Assembly: GCA_963747235.1 (NCBI GenBank)
Contig: CAVVEU010000008.1
Span: 32,001 to 96,000, forward strand
Direction: 5' to 3'
DNA length: 64,000 bases
From: an uncultured Candidatus Rokubacteria bacterium
GTDB lineage: Bacteria; Methylomirabilota; Methylomirabilia; Rokubacteriales; CSP1-6
Shown: piece by piece, positions 63,592-64,000 of the stretch
How the letters are laid out: every line of letters begins with the position of its first letter
Numbering within the stretch: position 1 is the stretch's first letter
Program-made: the position numbers and the translations under genes
The notes under the pieces: model-generated
The model's input: the letters and a program-made list of their open reading frames with translations, nothing else
Database searches by the model: none
Told to the model about the DNA's origin: nothing

Positions 63592-64000
63592 ATGGACCGG
63601 CGCATCGGGCGCACCCTGATCTCCCGCGACGAGATCGCGGCCCGCGTGAGCGAGCTGGGGGAGGCCATCGGCCGCGACTACGCGGGCCGGGCGCCGGTGC
63701 TGGTCGGCGTGCTCAAGGGGGCGGTGGTCTTCACGGCCGACCTCCTGCGGGCCATCCCCATGCCGGCCGCGATGGACTTCATGGCGGTCTCCTCCTACGG
63801 CTCGGGCACGCGGTCCTCGGGCGTGGTGCGCCTCACCGCCGACCTGTCGCTGTCCATCGAGGGCCGGGACGTGATCATCGTCGAGGACGTCATCGACTCG
63901 GGGCGGACCATCAGCTACCTGCGCCGCAACCTGGCCACCCGGCACCCCCGGAGCCTGGCCCTCTGCGGGCTGCTCGACAAGGTCTCCCGCCGGGAGGTGG
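63592..64000 (+). CDS. hpt: Hypoxanthine phosphoribosyltransferase (3' truncated by window; absent from ORF track)
   Basis: Manual translation: VGVLKGAVVF.ADL, DFMAVSSYG, IIVEDVIDSGRT, LLDK. Confidence 0.93.
   Translation, partial: MDRRIGRTLISRDEIAARVSELGEAIGRDYAGRAPVLVGVLKGAVVFTADLLRAIPMPAAMDFMAVSSYGSGTRSSGVVRLTADLSLSIEGRDVIIVEDVIDSGRTISYLRRNLATRHPRSLALCGLLDKVSRREV

Overview
High-GC (roughly 70% by eye) bacterial chromosomal window. Gene content suggests a diderm soil or sediment organism such as Candidatus Rokubacteria/Methylomirabilota; this is inference, not a database result. No rRNA, tRNA, CRISPR array, transposase or prophage was seen. About 20 genes carry single-base frameshifts, probably long-read assembly errors, so many ORF-track entries are chimeric. 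Main modules: (1) a split cobalamin methionine synthase set (corrinoid protein, homocysteine methyltransferase, reactivation domain, YitJ-like HMT-MTHFR) with no pterin-binding module, plus a DUF169-MtaA/UroD-type methyltransferase fusion and a PF13769-like protein; (2) an acetate locus with an SLC5-fused kinase, a sigma54 regulator, acs, actP, a DUF294 nucleotidyltransferase and a membrane-anchored HAMP-DEDDh nuclease; (3) an ECF sigma factor fused to a signal-peptide-like helix and an exported domain; (4) a sigma54-driven minor pilin cluster; (5) a cobamide uptake and remodelling region with two cobalamin riboswitches, cbiZ and a collapsed cobQ remnant; (6) housekeeping genes (rpsU, aroK, aroQ, argS, hpt). 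Leaderless-type promoters and several small repeat elements are also visible.
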